Notes under the pieces: generated by a model | Told to the model about the DNA's origin: nothing | The model's database searches: none | What the model saw: the letters and a program-made list of their open reading frames with translations, nothing else | Shown here: piece by piece, positions 1 to 9,961 of the stretch | How the letters are laid out: each line of letters starts with the position of its first letter | How positions within the stretch are numbered: the first letter of the stretch is position 1 | Position numbers and translations under genes: made by a program | Origin: a virus | DNA: 64,000 bases | Virus record (IMG/VR): IMGVR_UViG_3300046804_003540 | Location: 8,014 to 72,013 of that record | Reading direction: 5' to 3' (one strand)

Positions 1-720
1 AGCACCTGCAATTTTATTGCCCGATCGTTTAATCATAACGCCGTTGACACTATCCACTACCTGTTGAATTTGCGGAGCAGGATAGATGCCACAGGCCACT
101 TTGATAAAGTGTTGGTCAAAAATATCAACATTTCTTTTATTTCGTACATTAATTGCTAAAAACAAAATACCTGCAATATACAATGCCAATTCGTGAGTGT
201 CATCAAACGAGCCTTGATCTGGTACATCTGCTACCCAAAAAGGCAGCTCAGTGTCACCTTTACGAATTCTGTTTACGCCGGTATGTGTACTGTCTGCATT
301 ATAAACCATGGATCCATACTTGGCAGGCATTTTAAGACCGAGTCCCGTCATTGCAAAATGATCAAACCAATCCCCTTCTAGTTTAATGCAATGATTTGGG
401 CTGGTATCTCTATTAAAACTGGGATGACTGAAAACTTTTTTAACTGACACCATTTCAAAGTGCGGCACAAGATTAAACATAGTTAAAGTCTTGCCAGCTA
501 GAGTTTGACTGTGATACTGATTGATACGGCCTTGCCAAGGTCCGGATACTGCATCTACTGCGGCAGCAAGATCAGTCATTGGAATGAGCCCATACTTATA
601 GTTTCTGCTCATTTCCTTGCAGTCAATAAATGCTTCTTCAATATCAAATGTGTGGGAGAATTTGGACAAGAACTGTCCAAGAGAGTTGTGAGCCGTAGCA
701 CGGCGTTTGCTTTTTGCCAT
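1..720 (-). CDS. ParB-like (DUF6551-type) protein, runs off the window edge
   Basis: Not in the ORF track. Hand translation from ATG at 720 (AAGGA RBS upstream) is open to position 1: MAKSKRRATAHNSLGQ...SHPSFNRD...YNADSTHT...FLAINVRNKRNVDIFDQH. These resemble the ParB-like QR / DGQH / FxxxN motifs. Confidence 0.55.
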   Translation of the reverse strand, partial: MAKSKRRATAHNSLGQFLSKFSHTFDIEEAFIDCKEMSRNYKYGLIPMTDLAAAVDAVSGPWQGRINQYHSQTLAGKTLTMFNLVPHFEMVSVKKVFSHPSFNRDTSPNHCIKLEGDWFDHFAMTGLGLKMPAKYGSMVYNADSTHTGVNRIRKGDTELPFWVADVPDQGSFDDTHELALYIAGILFLAINVRNKRNVDIFDQHFIKVACGIYPAPQIQQVVDSVNGVMIKRSGNKIAGA

Positions 721-839
721 TTGTAATTTCCTTGTTCTCTAACCCTGTGGGTTATTAAAAATTCAGTTTCTAGCAGAATCGCTCTCAAACTGTAAAGGGA
801 ATTATATATGAGATCTATTAATTCGTCAAGTCGATTTGG

Positions 840-1169
840 TTATCGAGACATCTGTTGCATTCGTTGTTGGTCTTCCCAGCTCTGCCCAGGCAAGGGTTGA
901 CTGGCAGGTGCAGTGGGAATGACAACAGGTCTGACTACACTGATAACGGTAGTGCTTGGATTGTCAACTCTGTCACGAATGTGCTGAGGCACTTGATTGA
1001 TATGTGTGTATTGGGGCCCATACTTCTTAGCGGCCCAACATTCAGGCCCGCAGGGGTTATTAACTAACGGCCCTTGATATGGACTGACAATCTGTTGCTG
1101 TTGGTAAATGATGATCTGGGCTTGGGCAGAGCCAGCCAGGACGGCAAAGACAAGTGCTAATTTTTTCAT
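840..1169 (-). CDS. Secreted Gln/Pro-rich hypothetical protein
   Basis: N-terminal signal peptide MKKLALVFAVLAGSAQA. Confidence 0.7.
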   Translation of the reverse strand: MKKLALVFAVLAGSAQAQIIIYQQQQIVSPYQGPLVNNPCGPECWAAKKYGPQYTHINQVPQHIRDRVDNPSTTVISVVRPVVIPTAPASQPLPGQSWEDQQRMQQMSR

Positions 1170-1213
1170 AGTTTATTATACCTTTTTGAAGAATTATTGT
1201 CAATGCGTACTTT

Positions 1214-1795
1214 TTACTTAACTTTGCGCCAGCATTGTTTGATAACTTCTACAGCCCTAGTACACTGTACAATTTCATAATGGTTATTGGAAATTTCAAC
1301 ATAGTCAACATCCGACCTTGCCATCATGCTTCGTTTTGTAACTACGCCGTCGTTGGGCTGTTCCATCCAAGGCACTTCACCTGTAGTGGTCACAATCTGT
1401 GTCCAAGGTATCTTAACATCTATGTCTCTAGTTGTACGAATAAACTCACTGCGAGGTGTTATGTCGTTGAACAGTTTATAACTGGGGTTCATGATCTTGC
1501 CCCACACTGCTATGTCACTGCCCGCAAATGGTGTAGCCAAACTGACTACACCACGAATATTATCGAACTGTTCTAACAAGTGCAGAGCATAAATGCCACC
1601 CAAACTATGACAGACAATAAACATGGGTTCTGTTTCGTTGTTTAGAATAATATCTTTCATATTATCTAAATTTTCAAAGGCTGTTTTGTCACGGGGATAT
1701 TCTATGTACAGATAGTTTTTGGCTTCTAAGCTTTTTTGTATAAAAGCAAAGCTGTTGTGTGTGGCAGTAGCACCGTGAATGTAAACTACTTTCAT
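1214..1795 (-). CDS. Alpha/beta hydrolase
   Basis: YIHG oxyanion motif, HSLGG nucleophile elbow, LATPFAGS, NDGVV, terminal His (NHY). Confidence 0.85.
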   Translation of the reverse strand: MKVVYIHGATATHNSFAFIQKSLEAKNYLYIEYPRDKTAFENLDNMKDIILNNETEPMFIVCHSLGGIYALHLLEQFDNIRGVVSLATPFAGSDIAVWGKIMNPSYKLFNDITPRSEFIRTTRDIDVKIPWTQIVTTTGEVPWMEQPNDGVVTKRSMMARSDVDYVEISNNHYEIVQCTRAVEVIKQCWRKVK

Positions 1796-4275
1796 GCTTT
1801 GTAGCTTTGTGCTAGTGCTTCACGGGCCTGGCGTTCGTTTTCTGCGGCAAATTGTTGTAGAGCTTGGCCGTCACTTATTTGTCCGCGATCTAATGCTTGC
1901 CAAATTGGTAAATCAAATGTAAGGTATTTGTTTTGCACTGCTTGAGCAAAACTGCTTTCACCTGGACGACCTTGCCAGTTTGCTGGTTTTCCCCATACTA
2001 CAGAAATATACTTGCCATCGGGTGATGTAATTCTCATACGCTCACCGTAAAATGTATAGGTATTGCCTTCCCATGTAAACGCAGGGTCACCGCTACTGGT
2101 TTTGCCCATGCTCCAGCCATGCTTTTTCAGTAAAGCTGCAACAGCAGCTTGATCTGTGTTTTCTGTCAGTTCTTCATCGTCCCAACCTGCAAACGGATCA
2201 ACAATGACCAATTGTCCGTTGTCTCGTTGCATGATATTGTATACATTGCTCAAATCAAATTGATATTGATCACCAATGCCTGCCCTAAACAAATCATCCA
2301 CAGCATACATCAAGCCATCAATGGCTCTGGCACTCAAGCCCGGTGGAATCTTGGCAAAGTCGGGTTCTCGACCCTGGCCGATTTTCTCCATTGCATATTC
2401 AAGATAATCAAGTACTGCTTCGTCACCGGGGAGATGTTTGAGTTTTTCTTGAGTGTAAGCGTAGTAGGTTTTATCACCCCATTTGAGCAATCTATCACCC
2501 CCCACTCTAGGCCAATGAGGATTTTGCTGATTCTGTCTATAAAAATCTATATATCTACGAATTTGATCTATTCTTGAACCGGATCCTTGACCTACGATCT
2601 TAAGCACATATCTACTGTTGGGTTTGCCTAACACAATTTGGTCGCGGCCTTCACCTACTATTTGCCAACCTGCGTTGGTAAAACGCTGTACAAGTTCTTC
2701 AGGAACTGTGAGTTCGTCTGCGGCATTTATTTCAAAGATTTTTCGTTCCGCCACACCTTCATTCATAGTGTATAAATTATACACAGTGGTATCAGCAAAG
2801 TCATCTATGTCAACATTGTATCCCCAACTGTTGGCATAGCGTTGCACCAAACGGTTGTATAGGTTTGTGCGACTCATTGATTTCTGCCCAGGTTCAACTG
2901 CTTTGTTTGCACTGAATCGAAGACGCTCGGGATGATATTTTTTAATAAACTTTTGTATGGCATTTAATACAGTAGCAAAGATGCGCTGTTGATCACCTTC
3001 GCCAGTGACATCCTGACTGTTGCTGCGCCAAAACTCCACAGTCCATTCTTCGTCACCGTATGCACCGTAGTCCATACTAAACATAATACTGAGGTTAGAA
3101 CCGTCGGGTAATTTAACTAACATGTCATGTGATTCGTCACCGTGTTCCCACTTGCCTTTATATGGTTTATCAAATGCTTCCGCTACACCTTCTTCTAATG
3201 CAGTATAATTGTCGAATTCTTCTGGATCGCTAGATACCTTGTTAAACACAACATCTCTTGAATCGAATTTTATGTCGGGCAGTTTTTTCCAGTTAAATCC
3301 ACCGCCTGTTTCGTATATGCTATATGGTATATCTATAGTATATACACCTTCTTCTACTTTTACTGCCACATATACATGTTGCTCATAACTGCAACTCACT
3401 GTAGTACACTCTATGCCTATATCCCACATAATATCGCATATGGCATCTGCAATAATATGACAAATACCACCACCTGCATAGGTGTCTATATTTGATTCGT
3501 CCCACTCATCGTATATGCGTTGAGCAGCCACTAATATGCGATGAATATTTTGTTTTGCCAAGTTTACACTAGGTAGACTGTTTACTTGATCTTGGCCTTC
3601 CGCCACTGCCTGTGTAAAGTTCTCATCCAGCATTGAGCTGTACCATGGATCAGTAATAACAATAGTGCCATCACTGCGCAGCATGGCATTTTCTGTGTGT
3701 AAATCCCAACCAAATCCCTGCTTGCGGCCTATGTGGTACATTAGCTGCATGGTCAAATACAAGTACTTGAGAGTGGTTCGTTTACCGCCAGCAATCTTTT
3801 TTGCAACTGCTTCACTGTCGCCTTCATAGTATTGCCATATTTTACTCTTGGGATTAGTCAGCTGTTGAGAAGCAGCTGGCCAGTCAAGGCGATTGGCCAC
3901 GCACTCACTCATGGCCCATACTACAGCTTCTTCAAAACTGCCGTCAGGCAACGGCTGTAATTTTTCTACAGCTATTTGATAAAATGTTTCGCCGTTGATG
4001 TCAAACTTAGTATAGTGCTGTCCGCCTATGGGGACAAACTTCATCATGTGTGGATTGTCACTGTATTTTTGTGCGGTTTCATAATAGGCCAAGAATACTT
4101 TTTCTGCAGGTGTTAGGTCGCCACTTTCGGGCATTAAAATTTTAATAACACGGCCTTCATCCTTGCCCCATACTGTACTGTCTACACCTGACCCCAGTTC
4201 AGTGTAGCCGGCCTTACGCATTGTTTTGTTAATTTTGTCCCACTGTTCAGGACCGTGTAGTTCGTGTAATAACAT
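1792..4275 (-). CDS. Multidomain polyvalent protein: two protein-kinase-like domains, a papain/transglutaminase-like module and further modules
   Basis: Kinase 1: LGSGVDSTV, VIKI, DLHTEN, ITDP. Kinase 2: VGEGRDQIV, VLKI, DLSNVYN, IVDP. Cys-His-Asp module: GGICH..HVYV..IDI. Repeated VAE linkers. Confidence 0.75.
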   Translation of the reverse strand: MLLHELHGPEQWDKINKTMRKAGYTELGSGVDSTVWGKDEGRVIKILMPESGDLTPAEKVFLAYYETAQKYSDNPHMMKFVPIGGQHYTKFDINGETFYQIAVEKLQPLPDGSFEEAVVWAMSECVANRLDWPAASQQLTNPKSKIWQYYEGDSEAVAKKIAGGKRTTLKYLYLTMQLMYHIGRKQGFGWDLHTENAMLRSDGTIVITDPWYSSMLDENFTQAVAEGQDQVNSLPSVNLAKQNIHRILVAAQRIYDEWDESNIDTYAGGGICHIIADAICDIMWDIGIECTTVSCSYEQHVYVAVKVEEGVYTIDIPYSIYETGGGFNWKKLPDIKFDSRDVVFNKVSSDPEEFDNYTALEEGVAEAFDKPYKGKWEHGDESHDMLVKLPDGSNLSIMFSMDYGAYGDEEWTVEFWRSNSQDVTGEGDQQRIFATVLNAIQKFIKKYHPERLRFSANKAVEPGQKSMSRTNLYNRLVQRYANSWGYNVDIDDFADTTVYNLYTMNEGVAERKIFEINAADELTVPEELVQRFTNAGWQIVGEGRDQIVLGKPNSRYVLKIVGQGSGSRIDQIRRYIDFYRQNQQNPHWPRVGGDRLLKWGDKTYYAYTQEKLKHLPGDEAVLDYLEYAMEKIGQGREPDFAKIPPGLSARAIDGLMYAVDDLFRAGIGDQYQFDLSNVYNIMQRDNGQLVIVDPFAGWDDEELTENTDQAAVAALLKKHGWSMGKTSSGDPAFTWEGNTYTFYGERMRITSPDGKYISVVWGKPANWQGRPGESSFAQAVQNKYLTFDLPIWQALDRGQISDGQALQQFAAENERQAREALAQSYKA

Positions 4276-4278
4276 CTA

Positions 4279-4914
4279 TTATTCCCAAGCCACCATTTTA
4301 AATCGTTCTTTTGGAATGCCAAAGTAATTGCATTTCCAATCGCTTTGTGCAAAAAAATCTAAATGATGCCATTTATCTTTGTGTTCTAGTATTTGCAGTG
4401 CAGCATCGTCCCAATCAATGGCGGCCAGTTTAGGTTCTATCTGTTGTCTCACTGCTTCTACTTCTTCGTAGCTAAAACCATCCCATTCCCAATGCAATAC
4501 TTCAAAGGCATTGCCTTGACGATCTACATAGTCTATGCTGAAATCTAAGCCCCACTTGGGACGCATGGCTATGATTTTATAAATCAAAGGTAACCTTTGC
4601 GCCCATCTTTGTAGTTGCTCCAGTGCTTGTTCACTGTAGGCCTTGCGTTCAAACAACAGGCTGTGATTGAGCACAGCACCTTCTAGTTTATCTTCCTGTG
4701 TGAACCATGGCTGTTTGATAGCTGCTCTATGTTGACGATGGCGCTGGGGTCTAGCATCGTTTACTTCAGCATATCGCTGTTCTAGTTCAGTAAGGTCGTA
4801 GCCATTTTGATCGAATAATTCCAAGTCGCTGGGCAAAGGTGTAAACAGTGTTTTGTCTATGGGCTTGCTCCAATGACCGTTAAAGTTGAAACGAGTATCA
4901 GCTAGTTTTATCAT
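4279..4914 (-). CDS. Conserved-type phage hypothetical protein
   Basis: Long ORF; ATG at 4914 overlaps the upstream TGA (ATGA). Confidence 0.75.
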   Translation of the reverse strand: MIKLADTRFNFNGHWSKPIDKTLFTPLPSDLELFDQNGYDLTELEQRYAEVNDARPQRHRQHRAAIKQPWFTQEDKLEGAVLNHSLLFERKAYSEQALEQLQRWAQRLPLIYKIIAMRPKWGLDFSIDYVDRQGNAFEVLHWEWDGFSYEEVEAVRQQIEPKLAAIDWDDAALQILEHKDKWHHLDFFAQSDWKCNYFGIPKERFKMVAWE

Positions 4915-5309
4915 TTTACAATAGGACCGCCTGTTATCCAAAGTTCACAACTGCGAGAGCCTGCACATTTAAAATGCAGCAAATTGCAGTAGCCTAGGTC
5001 AGCTGCTTCACGAGTTTTTTCTGCTTCATAAGCTTCCGCACCCATGCCATCGTGAATACATTTATACATAGCATCAGTAATATTAAAAGCCGCACAGTTA
5101 GCACACTGCATGGTTTTAGCAGTCTTTTCATCTATGCCCCATTGCTTGGCAGATTGTTTCCAATAGTTGCCAGGCTTGTCAGGGTTAGCGGGACCGTAGT
5201 GATGTTTGTCTATGGCCACTTGTCTATTCTTTACATTGACTGAGAGATCATGTGTAGCAATAGGACAACCTTTACTGACTGCTTCTACTATTTGTATATA
5301 ATTTTTCAT
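4911..5309 (-). CDS. Cys-rich metal-binding protein
   Basis: CANC...C...GYC...KC...SC pattern; capsid-targeting-like leader MKNYIQIVE. Confidence 0.7.
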   Translation of the reverse strand: MKNYIQIVEAVSKGCPIATHDLSVNVKNRQVAIDKHHYGPANPDKPGNYWKQSAKQWGIDEKTAKTMQCANCAAFNITDAMYKCIHDGMGAEAYEAEKTREAADLGYCNLLHFKCAGSRSCELWITGGPIVK

Positions 5310-5310
5310 A

Positions 5311-7635
5311 TTACCTCATTTCAGGAGCGATTTCAACACCGTCTTGCATGTGTCTTGGGTTTCGTCGTAACCATTGCATGGCCACACGGTTAGCATCACT
5401 TTGTGCATTGCCTATACCACCAAAGCGATGTATTTCATTGCCATCGGGATCTAAAATAAGCCAATTGCCTGTAAAAGTACCACCACGCTGTTGTTGTGCT
5501 GGTTCACGTTGTTGGTCATTGATTGCACGCCATCCGTAGTCTTCGGTGTCGTGCGGCAATCCAAATACATCCATAACCTGTGTATATTTTCTTGCGGCTT
5601 CTTGGTCTGTGTTGGCAATAAACTTGAACACTGGCTGCATAGTTCTTCGCTCAACAATTTCGTAGTTAGCATCCGCTGCTTGGCCGCCCCAACCCAGTCT
5701 ATTCTCTATGTCTGTTTGACCTAAACCATTTGCAAATCCTTCGCCGGGCAGTGGCTGTTGTCCTGCTGTGCGGCGTAGACCCAACTGGCTTCTTTGAAGA
5801 CCAGTGTTAGCTACCATTGACTCTCTGTACCTATTGCCAATTTCCAAGGCCATTTGATCATCAGCAGCCCAAAATTCTCTGTAAGGCGTATCAGTTTGTC
5901 TATTGTACAATTCGTATTGTATACTGCCTGGTTGGCCTGCTGGACGAGGTTCACCTGCTGTAGCCTTAACAGGTTCAGTGCTGTACGGACGCAGAGGTTT
6001 AGCAGTGGCTGCAGGCATGTATTCGGGGCTTTTCAATCCAAATTCTGTTGCGGCTTTTGTTAATGCTTCTTCTCGAGTCTTAGCAACAACTTCCACACCA
6101 GGACCATTGGGCACATCGCCGTCTCTCCAAACTTCCCACCAGTAGTCAACATCACCCTTGGGTCCACGCTGTATATTACGCTCTAACTGTGCTTGTTTGA
6201 TAAAGCTTTTCAATGCAGCCTTGGGCATTTTGCCTGCTACATAGTCAGCAAAGAATTTTACAGTGTCAGCACCTTCTGTTCGAGCTCCCAGCAACTTGTA
6301 TAGCTTCTTTAAGTATTCTTCGCGATACTTTTCTGGATCTGCAGCTGCATCTAGGGCCACTACAAAACGCAGCAGTGTATTTTTAATTTTTGCAGGATCG
6401 TTCTGTAGATCTGCTAACCAATTGCCACCAGGACTGCGAAACTCCACATAACCATCCTTGGTATTGATACTGGTATACTTGCTGGTAACACCCGTGTGAA
6501 TTGCTTTACTGGCTGCAGCATTCAAATGCGCTTTCATTTGCTTTAGCAGAGCTGCAACATCTTCAGGACGCTGTCGTGCCTGTTCGCGAACTTTGTCGAT
6601 GGCAGGTCTGGTATAGGTATTGTTCATACGGTCAAAAGATTTTAACACATACTCATCGCCCAACAACAGTGCTAATTTAACATAGTCTAATTTGTTTAAA
6701 TCACCTGACCAACTGGGTACACTGACATTCATGTGCAGGCCTGTGCTCTTGTTAGTATAACAGCCTCGGCGTTTGGCCCAAGTTCTAATTTTATCCAAGT
6801 CTGAAAACATTTCGTCAATGGGCAAAGGTGGACTAACAAATTCTAGACCTGCTTCGCCTGGATCATCTGCGTCAATGCTGCCGTCGGGCTCTACTACATA
6901 GTGTCCGGCTTCACGACGACCACCGTGATAGTTTTGGCTGGTGTTAACTGGTCTGCCCACTGCTTGACTGAATTCATCTCCTATGGCGTCAACATTGATA
7001 TCACTGTCCTGGCTGGTATAAAATGGCCAGGACAAACCAGTGGCATTTTCAATGTCCGACATCATGGGGTAGTTTCTACGCAGCCAATTTTCTTCATCTG
7101 CATTGCCAAAATAATCATCAGAATGCTGTTGTCTAGCTTCGTCATAGTATGAGTTTTGGTCTTCTATACACTGTTTGGCAAATTCTTCATAGTCTTCTCT
7201 GAAAATATCTTCTTGACTATCAGGTAAGTTTAATGCACTGCGTATTTCATCCGCTGAAGCATTGTCTCTTACATACCCATAGACAATGTCTTCAGCATCA
7301 TTGTCAAAATCTTCATTTGCCGTTTCACCTATATAATCATAAAATTCTTCTTGTAATGGCTGTAATGCTTGTTCAACAGTTCTAGTAGAGTTTACACCAT
7401 CTCCGCCAGTAAAGAAGTCTATAATATCGCTCCAACTGCGTGTTCTTTCGTCTTGGTCGTAGTCAGGTTCTAAGTCGCCTTCGTCGTCCCCGCCCATGGC
7501 GTTGGGCACTACCATTTCAAATTCCATGCCTGCACGAGCATCGATTTTGTTGGCCAGCTTTTCCAAGCTGGAAGGGCTCATGTTAATTTCAAATAATTCG
7601 GATTCTTCTAAGGGTTTAATATCGTTAAATCGCAT
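5311..7635 (-). CDS. Putative amidoligase (COOH-NH2 ligase type 2) with C-terminal repeated small domains
   Basis: Motifs GMEFE, EPDGSI, LEFVSPPL, STGLHMNV, KYTSIN, VEFRSPGG. Confidence 0.8.
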   Translation of the reverse strand: MRFNDIKPLEESELFEINMSPSSLEKLANKIDARAGMEFEMVVPNAMGGDDEGDLEPDYDQDERTRSWSDIIDFFTGGDGVNSTRTVEQALQPLQEEFYDYIGETANEDFDNDAEDIVYGYVRDNASADEIRSALNLPDSQEDIFREDYEEFAKQCIEDQNSYYDEARQQHSDDYFGNADEENWLRRNYPMMSDIENATGLSWPFYTSQDSDINVDAIGDEFSQAVGRPVNTSQNYHGGRREAGHYVVEPDGSIDADDPGEAGLEFVSPPLPIDEMFSDLDKIRTWAKRRGCYTNKSTGLHMNVSVPSWSGDLNKLDYVKLALLLGDEYVLKSFDRMNNTYTRPAIDKVREQARQRPEDVAALLKQMKAHLNAAASKAIHTGVTSKYTSINTKDGYVEFRSPGGNWLADLQNDPAKIKNTLLRFVVALDAAADPEKYREEYLKKLYKLLGARTEGADTVKFFADYVAGKMPKAALKSFIKQAQLERNIQRGPKGDVDYWWEVWRDGDVPNGPGVEVVAKTREEALTKAATEFGLKSPEYMPAATAKPLRPYSTEPVKATAGEPRPAGQPGSIQYELYNRQTDTPYREFWAADDQMALEIGNRYRESMVANTGLQRSQLGLRRTAGQQPLPGEGFANGLGQTDIENRLGWGGQAADANYEIVERRTMQPVFKFIANTDQEAARKYTQVMDVFGLPHDTEDYGWRAINDQQREPAQQQRGGTFTGNWLILDPDGNEIHRFGGIGNAQSDANRVAMQWLRRNPRHMQDGVEIAPEMR

Positions 7636-7668
7636 GGCTTAATTCCAGATATTATATTTATAGTAAAG

Positions 7669-7692
7669 CAAAAAGGACCCTTAGGTCCTTTA
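7669..7692 (-). terminator. Intrinsic terminator
   Basis: AAAGGACC/GGTCCTTT hairpin with a T-run on the minus strand. Confidence 0.7.
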
Positions 7693-7909
7693 TACACCAT
7701 ATAATTCATGGTATCTAGCCATTGCCTTGCTTCTAGCTAAAGCAAGCCTTTTTGTGATATCTGGGGGTAAATCTTCGTCGGGTTCGTAAATTTTAGTGTC
7801 TTTTACGATTTCTGGACGACGAGGACTTACATAGATATCTTCATCATCAATTGTAACTTCGCGGGGATCGCGTCCCTCCAGTCTAATTAATGAGAATCGT
7901 AAAGGATTA
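7690..7909 (-). CDS. Protein-like reading frame without an obvious own start (possible frameshift extension of the upstream gene)
   Basis: Open frame ...VTIDDEDIYVSPRRPE...RLALARSKAMARYHELYGV ends at a terminator; no ATG/RBS after the upstream stop. Confidence 0.4.
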
Positions 7910-8140
7910 CTTCTTAGCAGCTTCGGCTTTTTTATCTTCGGCTTTTGCAGCAGGCTTGGCTGCAGGGCTTTTGTTGTCAGCAGGTTTGGCCTCCTTGACA
8001 GCACCAGCGGCAGCGCCGGCAGCAACTGGAGCAGTTACAGCAGGTTTAGTTTCAGCTTTCTTTTCTTCTTTTTTGGTAGCATCTGCGGCAAATGCAGTGA
8101 CAGCAAACAAACCAGCGATTAGAGTTGCAACGAGTTTCAT
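7907..8140 (-). CDS. Small exported Ala/Lys-rich protein
   Basis: AAGGA RBS, signal peptide (…AVTAFA), low-complexity AK/PA tail. Confidence 0.8.
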   Translation of the reverse strand: MKLVATLIAGLFAVTAFAADATKKEEKKAETKPAVTAPVAAGAAAGAVKEAKPADNKSPAAKPAAKAEDKKAEAAKK

Positions 8141-8230
8141 GGTAATTTCCTTTAGGTTAAACGCAAAACAGTTCTTGCGTATATATTAAACGCACAAGAA
8201 CTGCTATTGGTTTACAAATTTGGTAAAAGT

Positions 8231-9046
8231 TTATTCAGCGTTTTTGCCGCATTTGGCTCGTTTGGCGGCTGTAAGTTTTCCATAGTCCACTGCCCATTCT
8301 TGTCCTGGCTGTAGTTCTACTGCACCCTGTGGCATGCCAAACTTAACACCTGTTTTGGCTGTGATGTCTGCTACAGGTACTCTAAACTTGGTCAAGTCGT
8401 TGCCCAAGTTAGGATAAGGTGCTACATGTGGGAACCACCAAGCAGCTACTTGTTTGGTATTATTGTTGATTACAATTTTATAAAATGCATTGGGCACAAC
8501 AACACCAGCACCAATGTACTTGTCACCGTTATAGACACTGCCGGTTAGAATAGTATAGTTATTATTGGTCTGTACTGCCCAACCACGCACTGATGTTTCC
8601 AATAGTTTCCAAGCACCACGATTTAAACTGCCTGCTTGAGGTGCCATATTAGTCATCAAAAAACTTTCATATTCTACCTGTTGATCCCAACTCATATCAC
8701 CATCGGGTGCCATGTGTCCTTTGTCATAGCCTGTGCCTACATAATCTTCAGGTCTGGGACCATTTGGCACACTTGCGTCTGCTACAAAAGCATTGGTGCG
8801 AGGAAAGCAACCTAGTGCATTTTGTGGTGTTAATGTCCACATAACATATTGTGGTACTTTGACAGCCGCATCATAGCCTACAAAATAAGCACGGCGGCAA
8901 ACAGGTATTAGTTGTCTTGAGCTTTGAGGAAAGCCATATGGAGCATGTATTTGGCATCGTTCAACAGGCAGGGGTGCGGTCTGTGTCCATGAAAAGCTGG
9001 GCAGTGAAGCAAATAAAAGTGCGAAAGAAAGTAATAATTTTTTCAT
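8231..9046 (-). CDS. DNA/RNA non-specific endonuclease (NucA/EndoG family), exported
   Basis: GYDKGHMAP, NMAPQ..LNRGAW..LE, VPNAFYK; signal peptide. Confidence 0.92.
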   Translation of the reverse strand: MKKLLLSFALLFASLPSFSWTQTAPLPVERCQIHAPYGFPQSSRQLIPVCRRAYFVGYDAAVKVPQYVMWTLTPQNALGCFPRTNAFVADASVPNGPRPEDYVGTGYDKGHMAPDGDMSWDQQVEYESFLMTNMAPQAGSLNRGAWKLLETSVRGWAVQTNNNYTILTGSVYNGDKYIGAGVVVPNAFYKIVINNNTKQVAAWWFPHVAPYPNLGNDLTKFRVPVADITAKTGVKFGMPQGAVELQPGQEWAVDYGKLTAAKRAKCGKNAE

Positions 9047-9070
9047 CGAAAATCCTTAGATATAGAATAT

Positions 9071-9961
9071 TTAGTGCAGCTTAACTGACTTAACAAACTG
9101 GTGGGTGTCCAGTATGTCTAAAATTTCCTTTTCGTGTAAATTAGAAACTAGTTTTGCTACAGGTATTCGGCCGGGTGTTAGGTAAGGATGATCAATTCGT
9201 AAATTTCTTTCTAAGAAAAAATTAGCGTTATTTTCGTAATATAATTTTGCAAGTTTTCTTTGCTTTTCGACTTCGTTGCTATCACTATTAAAAAATAGTG
9301 TAGTAAAATCTGCACTATAAAATCTAAAAGGTTTAAATGCTTGATCAGTTATATACTTGTCATTATCTATAGCAAGATCCTGTAGTGTTTTTCCTATTTC
9401 AACATAGTTGATGTATACAGTGCCAAATTCATAACAATCAGTAAAATATTGGTAGTCGTCTATTTCTAATCTATGAGTTTTTGGTAATCCATAATAAGTT
9501 ACTACGTGTCGAGGTTTAGCACCTCTTGTAATGCTTTCGCATCTATGCACACTGACATTTAGTTCACATAAACTTAGTTTTACAGCGTCAGGCGCTTGGG
9601 CAAATAAACTATCACTTTGCTTGTCTAAATGTCCGTGATAAGTTTCAAAACAGTAGTGCAGGTAATTCAGCGTGTCTTGATCTTCAACAGTAAATAATTT
9701 TCTATCAATCACAGGACTAAAACTATTAATAGTGTCAATGTGAAAGTTGATAGTATCTACCGCAGTTTTGATCTGTTGGTCCAAGGGACCGAATCCATAA
9801 AACCGTGTGGGATCGTCTATGGTATATTTTTTTTGAGCAGTGACCAATCTTTCCATCCACAGTGGAACAACGGGGTTGGCCAGTAACTGATATGTAAAAG
9901 CAATGGAATCATTTAGATTGCTGGGGTCAGCATATTCAACTATTAGTTTGGACAGCATCAA
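9071..9961 (-). CDS. Phage hypothetical protein
   Basis: 296-aa ORF; LNYLH..FE, LNVSVHRCE and YVEIGK blocks. Confidence 0.7.
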   Translation of the reverse strand: MMLSKLIVEYADPSNLNDSIAFTYQLLANPVVPLWMERLVTAQKKYTIDDPTRFYGFGPLDQQIKTAVDTINFHIDTINSFSPVIDRKLFTVEDQDTLNYLHYCFETYHGHLDKQSDSLFAQAPDAVKLSLCELNVSVHRCESITRGAKPRHVVTYYGLPKTHRLEIDDYQYFTDCYEFGTVYINYVEIGKTLQDLAIDNDKYITDQAFKPFRFYSADFTTLFFNSDSNEVEKQRKLAKLYYENNANFFLERNLRIDHPYLTPGRIPVAKLVSNLHEKEILDILDTHQFVKSVKLH

